A stretch of DNA of 47,242 nucleotides from Thermoplasmata archaeon (lineage in GTDB: Archaea; Thermoplasmatota; Thermoplasmata; Lutacidiplasmatales; UBA184), in assembly GCA_021828085.1 (NCBI GenBank), contig JAKATE010000001.1:1-47242 (forward strand), written 5' to 3'. The notes beneath the pieces are model-generated. The model worked only from the letters and a program-made list of their open reading frames with translations. It searched no databases and was not told where the DNA came from. Made by a program: the position numbers and the translations under genes. Positions 27,617-36,565 of this stretch are shown here, one piece after another. The stretch's first letter is position 1. Each line of letters begins with the position of its first letter.

Positions 27617-30600
27617 CGCGCGACCGTCGCCTCCGCCGCGTCGTCGTCCTCGGCAGCGGCGCGCTCAAGATCGGCGAGGCGGGGGAGTTCGACTACTCGG
27701 GCAGCCAGTGCCTCAAGGCCCTGGGAGAGGAGGACGTCTATGCGGTGGTGGTCAACCCCAACATCGCCACCCTGCAGACCGATCCCCCCCGGCGCGGCCG
27801 GGTCTACTTCCAGCCCGTGACCCCCGAGTTCGTCGAGCCCATCCTCGAGAGCGAGCGGGTGGACGCCATCCTGCTCTCCTTCGGGGGGCAGACCGCGCTC
27901 AACTGCGGGGTCACGCTTCACCGCAAGGGAGTCCTCCGGCGCCTCGGGGTCCGGGTCCTGGGGACGCCGGTCCGGGGCATCGAGGACACCGAGGACCGCG
28001 CGCGCTTCCTCTCCCTCATGGGGCAGGCGCGCGTGCCGGTGCTGAAGAGCCACCCGGTCTACAGCCTTGAGGAGGCACACCGGCAGGCGAAGGAGCTCGG
28101 CTATCCGGTGATCTCCCGCGTCGCCTACACCTTGGGCGGGAAAGGAGGAGGGGTGGCGCACGACCCGGAGGAGCTCTCCCGGGTCGCCGAGCGGGGGCTC
28201 CGGGCGAGCCCGGCGGGACAGATCCTGCTCGAGCGCTACGTCGGCTCGTTCAAGCAGATCGAATACGAGGTAGTGCGCGACCGCAAGGGCAACGGGCTCA
28301 CCGTCTGCAACATGGAGAACGTCCTGGGGATGCGCGTCCACACCGGGGACAACATCGTGGTGGCCCCGTCGCAGACCCTCACCGACGAGGAGTACCAGCG
28401 CCTGCGCGCCGCGGCCCTCCGGGCCGCCGACGCGGCGGGGATCGTGGGGGAGTGCAACATCCAGTTCGCCCTCGACCCCGCCTCCGAGGAGTACTACGCC
28501 ATCGAGATCAACGCCCGGCTCTCCCGCTCGAGCGCGCTCGCGAGCAAGGCGACCGGCTATCCGCTCGCCTACGTCGCCGCGAAGCTCGCCCTGGGCTACA
28601 CCCTCCCCGAGCTCAAGAACCGGGTGACCGGGGTGACCACTGCCTGCTTCGAGCCGGCGCTCGACTACGTGGTCGTCAAGCATCCCCGCTGGGACCTCGA
28701 GAAGTTCCCGCGGGCGCGCCGCGAGCTCGGCCCCACCATGAAGTCCGTGGGGGAGGTGATGGGCGTGGGGACCACCTTCCAGGAAGCGCTCCTCAAGGCG
28801 GTCCGGATGACCGAGCCCCGCCACGAGCTGCTCGCCCCCGCCGAGCCGCGGGAGCGCACAGAGATCCTCGAGGACCTCTCCCACCCCTCCCCCTCCATCC
28901 TCTTCCACGTCATGGAGGGGCTCGCGGCGGGCCTCTCGGTGGAGACCATCTCCTCGTCGAGCTGGATCGACCCGTGGTTCGTCGACCAGCTCGCCGGGGT
29001 GCAGGGGATCTCCCGCGAGCTCTCCTCGGCCGCGGGGACGGCCCCCTCCCCGGAGCTGCTCACGCGGGCCAAGCGCGCCGGGTTCTCCGACCGTGCCATC
29101 GCCCGGCTCCTGCGGAAGGACGAGGAGGAGGTCCGCGCGGCCCGAATCCGCGCCGGGATCGTCCCGCACACCCGGATGATCGACACCCTGGCCGGCGAGT
29201 GGCCGAGCCGGACGAACTACCTCTATCTCACCTACCACGCCGACCACGACGAGGTCGGCCCGAGCCCGGCCGGGAGCGCCCTGGTCCTGGGCGCCGGGCC
29301 GTACCGGATCGGGAGCTCGGTGGAATTCGACTGGTCGACGATGAACCTGGTGGACGGGCTCAAGGCCGAGGGGGTCCCCTCCGTGGCGGTGCTCAACTCG
29401 AACCCGGAGACCGTCTCCACGGACTACGACCGCTCCGACCGTCTCTACTTCGAGGAGATCACGCTGGAGCGCGTGCGCGACGTGGTCGACAAGGAGTCCT
29501 TCTCGGGGGTGGTCACCTCGGTGGGGGGGCAGCTCCCGCAGAACCTCACCCCCCTCCTCGCCGCCTGCGGGATCCCCATCCTCGGGACCTCCAGCGACTC
29601 CATCGACTCGGCGGAGGACCGCCAGCGCTTCAGCGCCCTCCTCGAGAAGCTCAGGATCCCCCAGCCCGCCTGGCGGGCCTTCACCACCCTGGAGGAGGCC
29701 GAGCGCTTCTCGGCCGAGGTGGGCTACCCGGTGCTCGTCCGCCCCTCCTACGTGCTGAGCGGGGCGGCCATGCGGGTCATCCCGGGGAGGGCCGATCTCG
29801 AGCGCTTCCTCAACGCCGCCGTCCGCCTCTCCCCGGAGCATCCGGTGGTCATCTCCAAGTTCCTCGAGGGGGCTTTCGAGCTCGACCTCGACGCGGTGAG
29901 CGACGGGGAGCGCGTCCTCGTGGCCGGCATCCTCGAGCACGTGGAGAGCGCGGGGGTCCACTCCGGCGACGCGATCCTGGTCCTTCCCCCCCGACGCACC
30001 TCCCCGGAGGTCCATCGCAAGATGGTCGAGCACTCCGAGGCCATGGCCCGGGCGCTGCGCATCCACGGCCCGTTCAACGTCCAGTTCCTCGCGGTGGGGG
30101 ACGAGGTCTACGTCATCGAGCTCAACCTGCGGGCCTCCCGGAGCCTCCCCTTCGTCGCCAAGGGGGCCGGGGTGCCGGTCCTCCGGGAGGCGGCCCGGGC
30201 GATCCTCGGGAAGGGGCTCAGCCGCTCGGGCGTCGCCCCGGTGCCGTTCGGCCGCTGGGGGGTGAAGGCTCCCCAGTTCTCCTTCCTCCAGGTGGAGGGC
30301 GCCGACCCCCTCCTGGGGGTGGAGATGCAGTCCACGGGAGAGGTGGCCTGTTTCGGACCGACCTTCCCCGACGCCCTGGTGAAGTCCCTGGTCGCCACGG
30401 GGGTGCGCTTCGTGCCGCGGGGCGGCGAGGCCTTCCTCTCCGTGGGGGGGCCGGTGCTCAAGGAGCGGCTCCTCCCCGCCGCGGCGCTCCTGCGCCGGCT
30501 CGGGTTCACTCTGAAGGCCACCGAGGACACCGCGGCCTTCCTCGAGTCGCGGGGGGTGCGGCCGGTCTCGGTGCTCTACAAGCTCATGGAGCCGGAGCGC

Positions 30601-30975
30601 GAGCCCAACCTGCGCACGGAGCTCGAGGGGGGCCGGCTGGACCTCATCCTGAACGTCCCGGCCTCCTTCACCCAGGAGAAGTTCGAGCGGATGCTCGAGG
30701 ACGAGTACTTCCTGCGCCGCCGCGCCGTGGAGCTCGCCATCCCGCTCTTCACCAGCGTCGACAGCTTCAGCGCCTACGTGGAGGGGCTGGCCTGGCTGCG
30801 GGAGCACCCGCTCACGGTGGAGCCGCTCTACGGCTCCGACCTCTCCCCGCCGAGCGTCTCCTGGAACTCCCCGAGGAGCGTCCATCTCAGCCGGGCATCC
30901 TCCCGGGCGGCCTCCCACCGGCGTCGCCAGCGGCCGCGGCCCGCCGGGTCCGGCTCCCGCCAGGGGAAGTCGTAG
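27613..30975 (+). CDS. carB: carbamoyl-phosphate synthase large subunit
   Basis: VVVLGSGALKIGEAGEFDYSG, two ATP-grasp halves (second: VLGAGPYRIGSSVEFDW), IELNLRASRS, and a C-terminal MGS-like domain. TTG 27613 overlaps the carA stop. There is no in-frame stop before 30973-30975. Confidence 0.9.
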   Translation: MTRDRRLRRVVVLGSGALKIGEAGEFDYSGSQCLKALGEEDVYAVVVNPNIATLQTDPPRRGRVYFQPVTPEFVEPILESERVDAILLSFGGQTALNCGVTLHRKGVLRRLGVRVLGTPVRGIEDTEDRARFLSLMGQARVPVLKSHPVYSLEEAHRQAKELGYPVISRVAYTLGGKGGGVAHDPEELSRVAERGLRASPAGQILLERYVGSFKQIEYEVVRDRKGNGLTVCNMENVLGMRVHTGDNIVVAPSQTLTDEEYQRLRAAALRAADAAGIVGECNIQFALDPASEEYYAIEINARLSRSSALASKATGYPLAYVAAKLALGYTLPELKNRVTGVTTACFEPALDYVVVKHPRWDLEKFPRARRELGPTMKSVGEVMGVGTTFQEALLKAVRMTEPRHELLAPAEPRERTEILEDLSHPSPSILFHVMEGLAAGLSVETISSSSWIDPWFVDQLAGVQGISRELSSAAGTAPSPELLTRAKRAGFSDRAIARLLRKDEEEVRAARIRAGIVPHTRMIDTLAGEWPSRTNYLYLTYHADHDEVGPSPAGSALVLGAGPYRIGSSVEFDWSTMNLVDGLKAEGVPSVAVLNSNPETVSTDYDRSDRLYFEEITLERVRDVVDKESFSGVVTSVGGQLPQNLTPLLAACGIPILGTSSDSIDSAEDRQRFSALLEKLRIPQPAWRAFTTLEEAERFSAEVGYPVLVRPSYVLSGAAMRVIPGRADLERFLNAAVRLSPEHPVVISKFLEGAFELDLDAVSDGERVLVAGILEHVESAGVHSGDAILVLPPRRTSPEVHRKMVEHSEAMARALRIHGPFNVQFLAVGDEVYVIELNLRASRSLPFVAKGAGVPVLREAARAILGKGLSRSGVAPVPFGRWGVKAPQFSFLQVEGADPLLGVEMQSTGEVACFGPTFPDALVKSLVATGVRFVPRGGEAFLSVGGPVLKERLLPAAALLRRLGFTLKATEDTAAFLESRGVRPVSVLYKLMEPEREPNLRTELEGGRLDLILNVPASFTQEKFERMLEDEYFLRRRAVELAIPLFTSVDSFSAYVEGLAWLREHPLTVEPLYGSDLSPPSVSWNSPRSVHLSRASSRAASHRRRQRPRPAGSGSRQGKS

Positions 30976-31646
30976 CGGACCTCCGCAAGCACCAGCGCCT
31001 CCGGCTCGGCCAGGGGAAGGCTCAGCCGCCGGCGGCCCTCGAGCGACTCGGAGAGCGCCCGGAGCGAGAGCTTCCCCTCGGAGAGGGCCCGGAGCGCGCT
31101 GACCATCTTGCGCACCTGTCCCCAGAGGAAACCCGGGGCCTCCACCTCGAGCACGAGGTCGGGCCCCCGGGTCTGGAGCTCGAAACGGTCGACCCGGCGC
31201 CGCGTGGGCCGGGGGGGCTCGTCCCTCCTTCCGAAGGAGGAGAACTCGTGCTCCCCCCGGAAGAGCTCTGCGCCCTCCCGGTAGGTCTCCAGGGCGTCGG
31301 CCTTCCCGCGGTCGAAGTATCGATAGCGCCGGGACCGCGCGTGGCGGGGGTCGAACCCCGGGGGGGCCGGGGAGTAACCCCGGCAGAAGATCGCCGGATG
31401 GAGGGCGCTCAGGGCGCGGGCCGCCGAGGGGCCCGGGACCCTCGGGACGAAGGAGATCACGTTCCCGAGGGCGTGGACCCCTCGGTCGGTCCGGCTCGCC
31501 ACCTTTAGAGGGGTCGACGGATCGAGCAGCCCGCGCTGCTCGAGCCCCTCGACGAGGGTCCCTTCGACCGTGGGCCTCCCCGGCTGGCGGGCGAAGCCGT
31601 AGAAGCCCTCGCCCAGGTACCCGATCCTGAACGCGAAGGGCTCCAC
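30828..31646 (-). CDS. truA: tRNA pseudouridine(38-40) synthase
   Basis: FRIGYLGEGFYGFARQPG, ASRTDRGVHALGNV (catalytic Asp motif), FLWGQVRKMV. Confidence 0.85.
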   Translation of the reverse strand: MEPFAFRIGYLGEGFYGFARQPGRPTVEGTLVEGLEQRGLLDPSTPLKVASRTDRGVHALGNVISFVPRVPGPSAARALSALHPAIFCRGYSPAPPGFDPRHARSRRYRYFDRGKADALETYREGAELFRGEHEFSSFGRRDEPPRPTRRRVDRFELQTRGPDLVLEVEAPGFLWGQVRKMVSALRALSEGKLSLRALSESLEGRRRLSLPLAEPEALVLAEVRYDFPWREPDPAGRGRWRRRWEAAREDARLRWTLLGEFQETLGGERSEP

Positions 31647-31665
31647 GGCCCGGGAGGATCCCCGC

Positions 31666-32358
31666 TCAGAGCGGGAACTTCGTCACGGAATACTCCGGGA
31701 TCAGCGTCGAGGTGTCCTCCACGCCCGGGATCCGGGAAATCTTGTTGATGACGAAGTCAAGGACCGCCCGCTTGCTCGTCCCCGGGACGTTCGCGAAGTC
31801 GAGGACAAGGAAGAGGTCCCAGTCCCCGGCGACCAGGTGCGTCTCCTTCACCTCATCGAAGGCGATGAGCTGGACACGGACCTGCTCGGTCTCCACGGCC
31901 TTGACCTTGAGGTAGGTGAAGGCCCGGAGGTGCCCGAGCTCGGCCGGCAGGACGTTCAGGAGGTTCTGCCAGGTGAAGTTCTCCGCCCCCTCCAGCCGCC
32001 GGCGGGTGTGTTCGACGTCCAGGACGGGGAAGTGCTCCACGCCGCGGAGCGTCCCGTCCATGAGCTGGCGCAGGAGGTTGGTGCGCGCCACATCGACGAT
32101 CTTCACCGCGTAGCCCCGGTGCGGGGCGATCTCCTGGACCAGGGCCACCGCGTGGGCCTGGTCGTCGCTCAGCATGAAGCCGGTCTCAGTGCCGGCAAGG
32201 TCCGGGTTCGCCCCCGCGCTGGGGGCGCCGCCGGAGGGGGCGACGACGGAGCCGCCGGAGGTCGCCTCGGCGCTGACCGGGGAGGCCCGGTAGAAGCTGG
32301 TGACGGTCTTCTTGCTGCGGACGTAGAGCGTGACCTCCCGGTGGGGATGGGGCTGCAT
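31666..32358 (-). CDS. Lrp/AsnC ligand-binding (RAM) domain protein with unusual N-terminal half
   Basis: C-terminal AFTYLKVKAVETEQVRVQLIAFDEVKETHLVAGDWDLFLVLDF...ISRIPGVEDTSTLI is the AsnC-type RAM pattern. No HTH recognised in the N-terminal half. Confidence 0.6.
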   Translation of the reverse strand: MQPHPHREVTLYVRSKKTVTSFYRASPVSAEATSGGSVVAPSGGAPSAGANPDLAGTETGFMLSDDQAHAVALVQEIAPHRGYAVKIVDVARTNLLRQLMDGTLRGVEHFPVLDVEHTRRRLEGAENFTWQNLLNVLPAELGHLRAFTYLKVKAVETEQVRVQLIAFDEVKETHLVAGDWDLFLVLDFANVPGTSKRAVLDFVINKISRIPGVEDTSTLIPEYSVTKFPL

Positions 32359-32382
32359 GCCAGGGGGAGCGCCGCCCCCCCT

Positions 32383-32395
32383 ACATTATTATTCA
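32383..32395 (-). promoter_or_regulatory. TATA-like box for 31666..32358
   Basis: TGAATAATAATGT on the - strand, 25-37 nt upstream of ATG 32358. Confidence 0.45.
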
Positions 32396-32456
32396 CCCCG
32401 GGTGGCGAGGCCGGCCCCCGGCCAGGCCGGGGTCGTTCGAACCCCCCCCGGAGGGG

Positions 32457-32478
32457 CCCTCCCGGAAGACCGGGAGGG
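32457..32478 (-). terminator. perfect 9-bp hairpin downstream of ssb
   Basis: CCCTCCCGG-AAGA-CCGGGAGGG lies 36-57 nt past the ssb stop (32514). No T-tract, so function is uncertain. Confidence 0.3.
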
Positions 32479-32513
32479 AAAGGGTTGGGCTTCCCGACGA
32501 ACGGGTCCGGCCT

Positions 32514-32999
32514 TCAGAAGCGCCGAGGAGAGTCGCGGTCGCGACCGCCCCCGCCGCCGTAGCCGCCGCCCCCGCCACCGCGTCCGTAGCCCCCGCCGCC
32601 GCCTCCGCCGCCCCCGCCACCGAAGTAGCGGCGCTCGGACTGGAACTCCTGGCTGCTCATGTCGAGGGAGGTGTTCACGCTGTCGATGGAGTCGGTGCTC
32701 TTGTTCATGCTGCCGTAGCGTCCCACGTTCAGGCGGATGTGCCCGCGGACGAGGGAGACGTAGCCGTTGTCGATGAGCACGATGTCGTCCTTGGCGATGG
32801 CTCCGATCTGCTCGTTCCACAGGGAGAGGGTGACCACGGCGGTGTCATCCCCGACGACGGCTTCCGCCACCCTTCGGGGGTCCCCGAACTTCCCCATCAC
32901 TTCCTTGGGCTCCCCCACGTTGACGACTTTCGCGAGGACATTCACTTGCTTCGAGCTCGGCGTCAGGTCCTTTACCTTGGTCAATGGCTTGTCGGTCAT
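32514..32999 (-). CDS. ssb: single-OB-fold ssDNA-binding protein (Sulfolobus-type SSB) with Gly/Arg/Tyr-rich tail
   Basis: VNVLAKVVNVGEPKEV...VVGDDTAVVTLSLWNEQIGAIAKDDIVLIDNGYVSLVRGHIRLNVGRYG parallels my recollection of S. solfataricus SSB. The tail is GGGGGGGGGGYGRGGGGGGYGGGGGRDRD. Start is ATG 32999, preceded by GAAGGAAAG. Confidence 0.8.
   Translation of the reverse strand: MTDKPLTKVKDLTPSSKQVNVLAKVVNVGEPKEVMGKFGDPRRVAEAVVGDDTAVVTLSLWNEQIGAIAKDDIVLIDNGYVSLVRGHIRLNVGRYGSMNKSTDSIDSVNTSLDMSSQEFQSERRYFGGGGGGGGGGGYGRGGGGGGYGGGGGRDRDSPRRF
32544..32624. repeat. GCC/GCCGCC triplet low-complexity tract (encodes Gly-rich tail)
   Basis: ACCGCCCCCGCCGCCGTAGCCGCCGCCCCCGCCACC... inside the ssb 3' end. 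Confidence 0.6.
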
Positions 33000-33174
33000 G
33001 GCGTTCTTTCCTTCTTTCGGTTGGTTCGATCCGGCGGGTCCCGCCGCGCTCCCCATGGACGACCCGACACCCAGATTGGTGCGTTTGCGTAGAACAAACA
33101 GACCGCACGGAGGCAGGGGCCGAACGAGGGGCGCTTCGAGATCTTTCGGATCGGACACGTCACAACGGGGGGTG

Positions 33175-33181
33175 TATAAAA
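33175..33181 (-). promoter_or_regulatory. strong TATA box (TTTTATA on - strand) about 175 nt upstream of ssb ATG
   Basis: TATAAAA on the + strand is the clearest TATA in the window. The only downstream gene in the - orientation is ssb. Confidence 0.45.
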
Positions 33182-33251
33182 GCAGGCCCCTGCCCCGTCG
33201 TGGCAGCGCGCGCGAGCCCTCCCCGGGAAGGTCCCTAGGGACCCGGCCCCC

Positions 33252-34739
33252 CTACACGTCGAGGTAGCGGTAGAACTCGTACGGATGGGGCCGAAGGTCC
33301 AGCTGGAGCTGCTCGTCTCGCTTGAGCTCCTCGTAGGTCTCGAGCAGCGACGCCGGAAAGACCGGCCGTAGGAACTCCCCGTCCGAGGCGAGCTCCTCCA
33401 ACGCCTCCCCGAGCGAGCCCGGCAGCTCCCGGATCCCCAGCTCGCGTCGCCGCGCCGGGCTGAGCCGGAAGATGTCCTCGTCGACCGGGTCCCCAGGGTC
33501 GAGCTTCCGCCGGAGACCGTCCAGCCCGGCGAGGGAGAGCGCCGCCTCGGCCAGGTAGGCGTTCGCGGCCGAGTCGGGGGTCCGGTACTCGAGGCGCTTC
33601 GCCCCGGGACGCCCCCGGTGGTAGCACGGGACGCGGACGTTGGCTGAGCGGTTCGCCCGGCTCCACGCGATGTAGACCGGCGCCTCGAAACCGGGGACGA
33701 GCCGGCGGTAGGAGTTGGTGGTGGGGTTGGTGATGGCGCAGAGGGCGCGGGCGTGCGCGAGCAGCCCCCCCGCATAGTAGCGGCCGGTCTGGGAGAGCTC
33801 CGCGTAGCGATCCTCCGGGTCGTAGAAGGCGTTCTCCCGCCCGTGCCAGAGCGATTGGTTCATGTGCAGGCCGAGGCCGTTGTCCCCGAAGACCGGCTTC
33901 GGCATGAAGGAGGCCACCTTGCCGTGCTGGCCGGCCACGTTGCGCACGGTGAAGCGGACGTCCTGGACGTGGTCGGCGGCCGGCACGAGCTCGTCGAAGC
34001 GGATGTTGATCTCCCCCTGCCCGGCGGTCGCCACCTCGTGGTGGTGGGCGTCGAGCCGGATGTGGAAGGAGTCGCTGAGGACGTTGCAGACCTCGGAACG
34101 GAGCCCTTCGAGCGCGTCGGCCGGCGCGCTCCGGTGGTAGCCCTCCTTGAAGCGGATGGCGCCGTGCCCGTCGTTCTCCTGCCAGGGGGCCTCGGCGCTC
34201 TCGAGGGCGTAGCCGGAGCCTCCCCACGCGTCGCGCACGGCGTCCGCCGAGGGGAGCAGGCGCACCCGGTCGAAGACGAAGAACTCCACCTCGGGCCCCC
34301 AGTAGGACCGGTCGAACCCGGCCTCGGCCAGGACGCCCTCCGCCCGTCGCGCGACCCCCCGGGGATCGTGGGCGTAGGCCTGGCCGGAGCTCCCCTCGAG
34401 GATGTCGCAGATGTAGCGCACGGTCCCCCCCAGCGGAGCCCCCCAGGGGATGCTCCCGAAGCTCCGGGGGTCCGGCCGGAGCAGCATGTCCGACTCGAAG
34501 ATCCGGCGGAAGCCCGGGACCGAGGAGCCATCGAGCTTGGGGATGCCCTCCTCGAAGCTCTCACGCTCGAGCGTGGAGGACGGGACGTGCAGATGGTTGA
34601 AGCCGCCCAGGAGGTCCGTGTAGAACAGCTCCACCCAGCGGGCCTGCGAGGACTTGAGCCGCTCGAGGGTCGCCTCGATCGGATCGGCCCTTTCCTCGAT
34701 CTCCACCGCCCCCGTTCCCTGGACCACCGCCCCGGCCAT
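33252..34739 (-). CDS. glnA: glutamine synthetase type I
   Basis: WVELFYTDLLGG, FDGSSVPGF-like KLDGSSVPGF, GPEVEFFVF, NGLGLHMNQSL, NSYRRLVPGFEAP, RSANVRVP, RLEYRTPDSAANAYL. Confidence 0.9.
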   Translation of the reverse strand: MAGAVVQGTGAVEIEERADPIEATLERLKSSQARWVELFYTDLLGGFNHLHVPSSTLERESFEEGIPKLDGSSVPGFRRIFESDMLLRPDPRSFGSIPWGAPLGGTVRYICDILEGSSGQAYAHDPRGVARRAEGVLAEAGFDRSYWGPEVEFFVFDRVRLLPSADAVRDAWGGSGYALESAEAPWQENDGHGAIRFKEGYHRSAPADALEGLRSEVCNVLSDSFHIRLDAHHHEVATAGQGEINIRFDELVPAADHVQDVRFTVRNVAGQHGKVASFMPKPVFGDNGLGLHMNQSLWHGRENAFYDPEDRYAELSQTGRYYAGGLLAHARALCAITNPTTNSYRRLVPGFEAPVYIAWSRANRSANVRVPCYHRGRPGAKRLEYRTPDSAANAYLAEAALSLAGLDGLRRKLDPGDPVDEDIFRLSPARRRELGIRELPGSLGEALEELASDGEFLRPVFPASLLETYEELKRDEQLQLDLRPHPYEFYRYLDV

Positions 34740-34862
34740 GTGCGCCCCGGCGCGGGAGGAGCTCCCCGGAGGATGAACCCATCGCCCCGGGAAATGGACG
34801 AAAAACCACTCCAGTGGCGAAGGATTGAATACAGGTCCAGATTACCATCAAACCCTGGACAC

Positions 34863-35384
34863 ATGTCCGAGATCGACGGCGTGGATCGGGCGATCCTCGA
34901 GGAGCTCCTGGTCGACGCGCGGCGCAGCTGCCGGGAGATCGCCCGCCGGCGGGGGCTCTCCCCGACGACGGTGGCGAGCCGCCTCGAGAGGATGGAGGAG
35001 GCCGGGATCATCCGGGGCTACCTTCCCGACCTCGACGACGAGCGGCTGGGCTTCGACCTCCACGCGGTGATCGGCATCCGGATCGCCCACGGACGCCTCC
35101 GGGAGCTCGAGGAGAAGCTCGCCCGGGACCCCCACCCGTACGCCATCTATGACCTCACCGGCGAGTACGACGCGCTGGTCATCGCCCGGTTCCGCGACCG
35201 GCGGGACCTGGACCGCTTCGTCAAGCACGCCCTCCAGGACCCGCTGGTGGAGCGGACGAACACCCAGGTGGTGCTCAACCGCGTGAAGGAGGAGCGGCGG
35301 ATCCTGCTGCCGGCGCCCCCCGCCGAGCGCCCGAAGCGGACCGCGCGCCGGGAGAGGTCCGGCGAGGCGCGGCCCGGGGGCTAA
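34863..35384 (+). CDS. lrp: Lrp/AsnC-family transcriptional regulator
   Basis: IDGVDRAILEELLVDARRSCREIARRRGLSPTTVASRLERMEEAGIIRGY (HTH) plus a RAM domain. Divergent from glnA. Confidence 0.85.
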   Translation: MSEIDGVDRAILEELLVDARRSCREIARRRGLSPTTVASRLERMEEAGIIRGYLPDLDDERLGFDLHAVIGIRIAHGRLRELEEKLARDPHPYAIYDLTGEYDALVIARFRDRRDLDRFVKHALQDPLVERTNTQVVLNRVKEERRILLPAPPAERPKRTARRERSGEARPGG

Positions 35385-36565
35385 CCGCCCCGTCCGGGGG
35401 GCGGTCCGTCCTCGATCCGGGAGTCGAGCCAGGCGTCGACCTCGCGGCGACGTTCCGCGTGCTCCCGGAGGAAGCGCTGCACGCGCGGGACCAGGCGGGA
35501 CTTGCACTCCCCGCAGAGCAACTCGCCGCTCCGGCAGGTCCGGGTGATCTCGGCGAACTCGGCCGGGTCCGGGGCGAAGCGGCTGCGCCAGAGCGCCCAG
35601 ACCGAGCAGACCTCCGGGTTCGCCCCCAGGCGGCGCTGCTCCTCGATGCTCGCGCGCCCGCCGGTGAAGGCGTGGGAGACCTTGCGCTCGACGTCGGCGG
35701 GGGGGTCGGAGAGGAAGATGGCGTTGTCCTGCCGGTCGGCCGACGAGCTCATCTTCTCCTCCCCGAGGAGCCCGGGGAGCATCCGGTTGTGGATGAGGGC
35801 CGGCTTCGGGTAGCCGAGCGGCTCGGCGACGTCGCGCGTGAGGCGGAAGTGCGGGTCCTGGTCGACGCCGCAGGGGATGAGGCAGGGGACCGGGCGCCCG
35901 GCCCGAACGGAGGGAAGGAAGGCCGGGGCCGACTGGACGGAGGTGAAGAAGATGCTGCCGATGTTCGTGTCGTTGCGGAAGCCGAAGACCGCCTTCGTGG
36001 TGGAGAAGGTCACGCGCTTCGCCACCTCCAGGGCGATGGGGTAGAGGCTCCGGATGGAGAGGGTGTCGAAGAGGACGTGGGTCCTCTTCGGGTCGAACCC
36101 CACGGCGAGGAGGTCGAGCAGGTTCTCCCGCCCGAGCCGGTAGGTGTCCTTCAGGCTGAGCTCCGAGCGGCCCGCCCTCCCGGAGAAGAGGAACTTCTCG
36201 TCGTCGGTGAGCTGGACCCAGAGCTCGACACCGAGCTTCCGCTGGAGGTAGGAGCAGAGCTCGAAGGGGATGAGATGGGCGAGGTGGATCTCCCCGGAAG
36301 GTCCCCGGCCGGTGTAGAGGACGAACGGCGTCCCCCGCTCATAGCCGTCCAGAAGGCGCGGGAGGTCGCGGTGGGAGAGGTAGATCCCGCGCTCGAGGAG
36401 GGGATGGAAGGGCTCGCCGAGCAGGCGACGGAGCCGGGAGAGGAGCTCGTCGTCGAGGGGGCTCGTGCCGAAGAGCTCCTGGAGCCTTCCGTAGTCGATC
36501 CTCCCCTCGACCGCCCAGGGGGTGACCTTGAAGGGTTCCTTCTCCGAGGGCGGGACCGGGGTCAT
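35381..36565 (-). CDS. trpS: tryptophan--tRNA ligase, archaeal/eukaryal type
   Basis: FKVTPWAVEGRIDYGRLQELFGT, GRGPSGEIHLAHLIPF (HIGH-type), KMSSS (KMSKS). Start is ATG 36565. Alternative GTG 36679 lies about 25-30 nt from the AT-rich box, giving a possible 38-aa basic extension. Confidence 0.85.
   Translation of the reverse strand: MTPVPPSEKEPFKVTPWAVEGRIDYGRLQELFGTSPLDDELLSRLRRLLGEPFHPLLERGIYLSHRDLPRLLDGYERGTPFVLYTGRGPSGEIHLAHLIPFELCSYLQRKLGVELWVQLTDDEKFLFSGRAGRSELSLKDTYRLGRENLLDLLAVGFDPKRTHVLFDTLSIRSLYPIALEVAKRVTFSTTKAVFGFRNDTNIGSIFFTSVQSAPAFLPSVRAGRPVPCLIPCGVDQDPHFRLTRDVAEPLGYPKPALIHNRMLPGLLGEEKMSSSADRQDNAIFLSDPPADVERKVSHAFTGGRASIEEQRRLGANPEVCSVWALWRSRFAPDPAEFAEITRTCRSGELLCGECKSRLVPRVQRFLREHAERRREVDAWLDSRIEDGPPPGRGG

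Noticed and set aside
27415-30918. 1167-aa ORF antisense to carB
   Set aside because: This is a classic GC-rich shadow ORF (G/E/R/P/D/H-rich, no motifs). The opposite strand encodes full-length, motif-rich CarB.
32514-32640. Gly/Arg/Tyr-rich tail of SSB as a novel feature
   Set aside because: As I recall it, the Sulfolobus solfataricus SSB also carries an RGG-rich flexible tail, so this is a family trait. The only small difference is that the tail here ends RDRDSPRRF rather than in an acidic tip.
33023-33032. tRNA-like T-loop strings GGTTCGATCC (33023-33032) and GTTCGAACC (32435-32443)
   Set aside because: The flanking bases cannot form a 5-bp T-stem, and no acceptor, D or anticodon arms could be drawn on either strand. 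No tRNA is called in the window.
33000-33158. 53-codon N-terminal extension of ssb from GTG 33158 (track ORF 32514..33158)
   Set aside because: Many A/T third positions and lower GC than any confident coding region here. ATG 32999 has a purine-rich ribosome-binding-like site and gives a typical SSB N-terminus.
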